A DNA stretch of 63,957 nucleotides, counting the filler, from Piptocephalis cylindrospora (taxonomy: Eukaryota), in the NCBI GenBank assembly GCA_003614145.1. It is 10 parts of 10 records of this genome, joined end to end, with 100 filler letters (N's around TTAATTAATTAA, not from the genome) between each part and the next. Parts side by side here need not be neighbours in the genome. Positions count along the whole stretch, not along the records: positions 58,807 to 63,957 come from KZ988410.1; 9 more parts are not named here. One strand, written 5' to 3'. Below, one piece after another: positions 61,176-63,957 of the stretch. Numbering within the stretch: position 1 is the first letter of the stretch; each line of letters opens with the position of its first letter. The position numbers were made by a program, and so were the translations under genes. A model generated the notes under the pieces. That model did no database searches, was not told the DNA's origin, and worked only from the letters and a program-made list of their open reading frames with translations.

Positions 61176-62382
61176 CATATGATCATCACACCGACCTATT
61201 AGTTCTCTTTCTTGTTTCGAGGATCTTGGCATGAACATAAATTCCTTTATATTGAATATTCATCCTCGCTTCATTCCTGCCTCCTCCCTCCTTATGTCTT
61301 CCTCTCCCTCCGTATTTCTGTGCTTCAAGTCTTCCCGGGAAATGCTTCTTACTTCTATTTCTCCACGTCTCCCTAGCAAATGGATCATCGACGACGTACA
61401 AGGTACAAACTGGAAGGATGCATATATGTCACATTCAGAGGAGTTATAGGGAATGGAGCAGATATCACCGCCCAGAGCATATTCCCATCAAAGTCTATTC
61501 ACTACCTGAGCCTAATACCAAAGGTTCCATCTCGAGTACGAAAGCTTCACTACAAACCCATCTAAACTAGAATGAGATTGCATTAGGCTATAGGAATTCC
61601 ACCTTTTTACCCAAAATGCCCGGATGGAATGGAAAAATACTTCTCATCGATCTGTACACTTTTCACCGGTAGCTGCCCTATAAAGAGAGGCGCTAGAGGC
61701 CTTTCAAGATCCTCCTCCCATCACATCCACTCGAAAAAAATTCAATTCGAAAGGCTCAAGGAATTCTCAACTCATAAGATGGTCCTCATACATGAATGCG
61801 CGCTGTAAATTATCCATATCGCCCATACAAGGCCCAGTTATTCCCTGGGTCAAGCATCCGACATTCCCAAGATGTGACGTTCCCTGCCGCCCAGATGCTT
61901 GGCGGCTAGAATTAGGACAATGCGTATACACGGATTCGCATATCGGCCCTCAGTGCAATAGACGTGAATGATCAGCTAGGTGGTCTAGAATGGACCTCAT
62001 TATAAAACGGCAAAAATATATTGTGATAAAATGGACCTAGGTCCAGTCTGAATCCGACCTGACCTATAGGATGCACATTTTGTGAAAGTGTGCATTTTTC
62101 GTGTCGCTTTTGATGATGGATAGTCAGACCATTGGCCAATACACCACCTCTTCGCACACACACACACAGCGCAAGACGCGTAAAAGGGTGTGGACAAAGG
62201 GGGAGAAGCACGGTCCAAAAGGTGTGAACCATTTACCTCGTTCAAGGCTATATCTCTTACATCTTATCACCTTCTTTTTTTTACTCTCTCCCAGTCTCTC
62301 ATCTCACTCCTCTCCTCCACTCCTCTCTCTTGCGCTAGGACTTCTCCCCCCTCCTCTCCCCGCAACATCACATTCCTTTACC

Positions 62383-63735
62383 ATGCCAGCTGCCGAGGCC
62401 ACCCTGGAGAAGCAAATCACTGAGGATATCCCTGTCAAGGAGGAGACGAAGCAGGAAGAGCAGCCCATCAAGGAGGAGATGAAACAGGAAGAGTCCATCA
62501 AGGAGGAAACGAAGCAGGAAGAGTCTATCAAGAAGGAGCCTCGTCTGTCGGCGGAGGAACAAAAGCCTCAGATCCTTCAGCAAGTGGAATTCTACTTTGG
62601 AGACTCCAACTATGTCCAGGATAAGTTCCTGCAATTGGAGGCTGGAGAGAACAATGGATGGGTGGAGATTGCCAAGATCGCCACGTTCAAGCGCATGAGA
62701 CAGTTTGGACCGCTAGAGGTGGTAGTGGAGGCCCTACGCACGAGCCCCGAGCTCCTCGAGGTGAATGAGGAAGGGACGCGTGTTCGGAGGCGGACGCCTG
62801 TGGTAAAGAACAATGATCAGTTCCATCGGTCTATCTACGCCAAGGGCTTCCCCATTGGCGAGAGCAAGGCGGATGAGTTGGCGATTCAGGAAAAACTCGA
62901 AGCCTTTTTCAAGCCCCTTGGCGATGTTCGATGTGTCCGAATGCGTCGGACCAGCCAAGATAGGCGGTTCAAGGGCTCAGTATTTGTCGAGTTGGGATCT
63001 CGGGATGAGGCGGTGGCTCTGGCCGATCAGAAGCTACAGTATGAAGGCAAGGATCTGCTTCTTATGACCAAAGAGGGCTACTTTCTCAAGAAGGGTCATG
63101 AAAAGAACATTCAGCCCGAGAATCTCCTTCAGCCCCTGGGCGCTGACGAGGGCAAAGGCAAGGGCAGGGAGCGAGAGCGGTACGAAAAGGGCGGCGAGGG
63201 TGATCACCAGTTTGCCAAGGGCCTCATCGTGAACTTTAGGCTGGTGGATGCGGTCAAGAAGGAGGGTGAGGAGGACTCTAAGCCCTTCATCCCCATCAAG
63301 GGCGCTATGATCAGTCGGGGTTTCCCCGTGCGGTTTGTTGCCTTCCACTTGGGCGACAAGGAGGGTGGGTACATTGAGCTTCAGCACCCCAGGGGCGCAA
63401 AGGTCGTGGAAGCCGCGGCCAAGGAGCCCATCACCCTGCCCGATGGAGCCGGGGCGCTGGAGTTGAGCCTAGTTGAAGGAGATGCCGAGGTGGAGTTTTG
63501 GAAGGGTCGACCCCCGCATACTGGCCTTCCCCGGACCTCAAACCGGGATGGTCGGGGCGGTGGTGGTCGAGGTGGTGGTCGAGGCGGTGGTCGTAGGCCA
63601 GGCCGAGGCGCTTTCCGGGGCAAGAAGCGGTCTTCCTCCGACCGGGATGGGGGTCGTGGCGGCGGGGATGGCGACTCTCGGGCCAAGGCGATGAAGCGAG
63701 ACGACCGAGGCATTCCCCAATTCTCTACTGAGTAA
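62383..63735 (+). CDS. LHP1: La (Lhp1/SSB) RNA-binding protein: La motif, RRM, second RRM-like domain, RGG tail
   Basis: ILQQVEFYFGDSNYVQDKFL..GWVEIAKIATFKRMR, RSIYAKGF, FKGSVFVE, GDAEVEFW, RGG repeats. Confidence 0.93.
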   Translation: MPAAEATLEKQITEDIPVKEETKQEEQPIKEEMKQEESIKEETKQEESIKKEPRLSAEEQKPQILQQVEFYFGDSNYVQDKFLQLEAGENNGWVEIAKIATFKRMRQFGPLEVVVEALRTSPELLEVNEEGTRVRRRTPVVKNNDQFHRSIYAKGFPIGESKADELAIQEKLEAFFKPLGDVRCVRMRRTSQDRRFKGSVFVELGSRDEAVALADQKLQYEGKDLLLMTKEGYFLKKGHEKNIQPENLLQPLGADEGKGKGRERERYEKGGEGDHQFAKGLIVNFRLVDAVKKEGEEDSKPFIPIKGAMISRGFPVRFVAFHLGDKEGGYIELQHPRGAKVVEAAAKEPITLPDGAGALELSLVEGDAEVEFWKGRPPHTGLPRTSNRDGRGGGGRGGGRGGGRRPGRGAFRGKKRSSSDRDGGRGGGDGDSRAKAMKRDDRGIPQFSTE

Positions 63736-63957
63736 AATTACCTTGAAAAGAGATGGAGAGGAGGATAATGGGAGAGGGGACAAGGGGTAGTCATATATCC
63801 TTTATCTTCACCTTGACCATCCTACCACGTATACGTTACACAGGGAGAATAAAAGAGAGAGCGGAGCAAGTACATGCATTTTTAAAAAGAAAGAAGACCA
63901 CCTCGGAACACATAGGCGTAAGCCGTCTAGTGCTCATCAACATCCAGGCCATCAGCA

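Overview
Eukaryotic, fungal DNA with short GT-AG introns. The gene set (DHTKD1, roadblock dynein light chain, UBTD, HYPK, STYX-like) points to an early-diverging fungus, possibly a zoopagalean mycoparasite such as Piptocephalis (inference, not verified). The window is not contiguous: ten ~6.3-6.5 kb contigs are joined by an artificial 100-nt linker (N44-TTAATTAATTAA-N44), so neighbours across linkers are unrelated and many genes are truncated. Housekeeping genes recognised: DHTKD1-type E1, SERINC/TMS1, HYPK, DcpS, DYNLRB, TIM50, Srk1/Rck2-like kinase, YCF1-like ABCC, ceramide synthase, ArgRS, MMS1-like, UBTD, HOM6, DIM1 and La. Main highlights: (1) a complete 346-bp tRNA-derived SINE with Pol III A/B boxes at tRNA spacing, a 3' hairpin, a (CAA)n tail and a 12-bp target-site duplication, plus a second partial copy and a decayed LINE endonuclease elsewhere in the window; (2) a Taf14-like gene with two tandem YEATS domains and an in-frame TAG at codon 31; (3) a tandem pair of divergent secreted ricin-B/beta-trefoil-like proteins; (4) a STYX-like phosphatase with CX5Q in place of CX5R.
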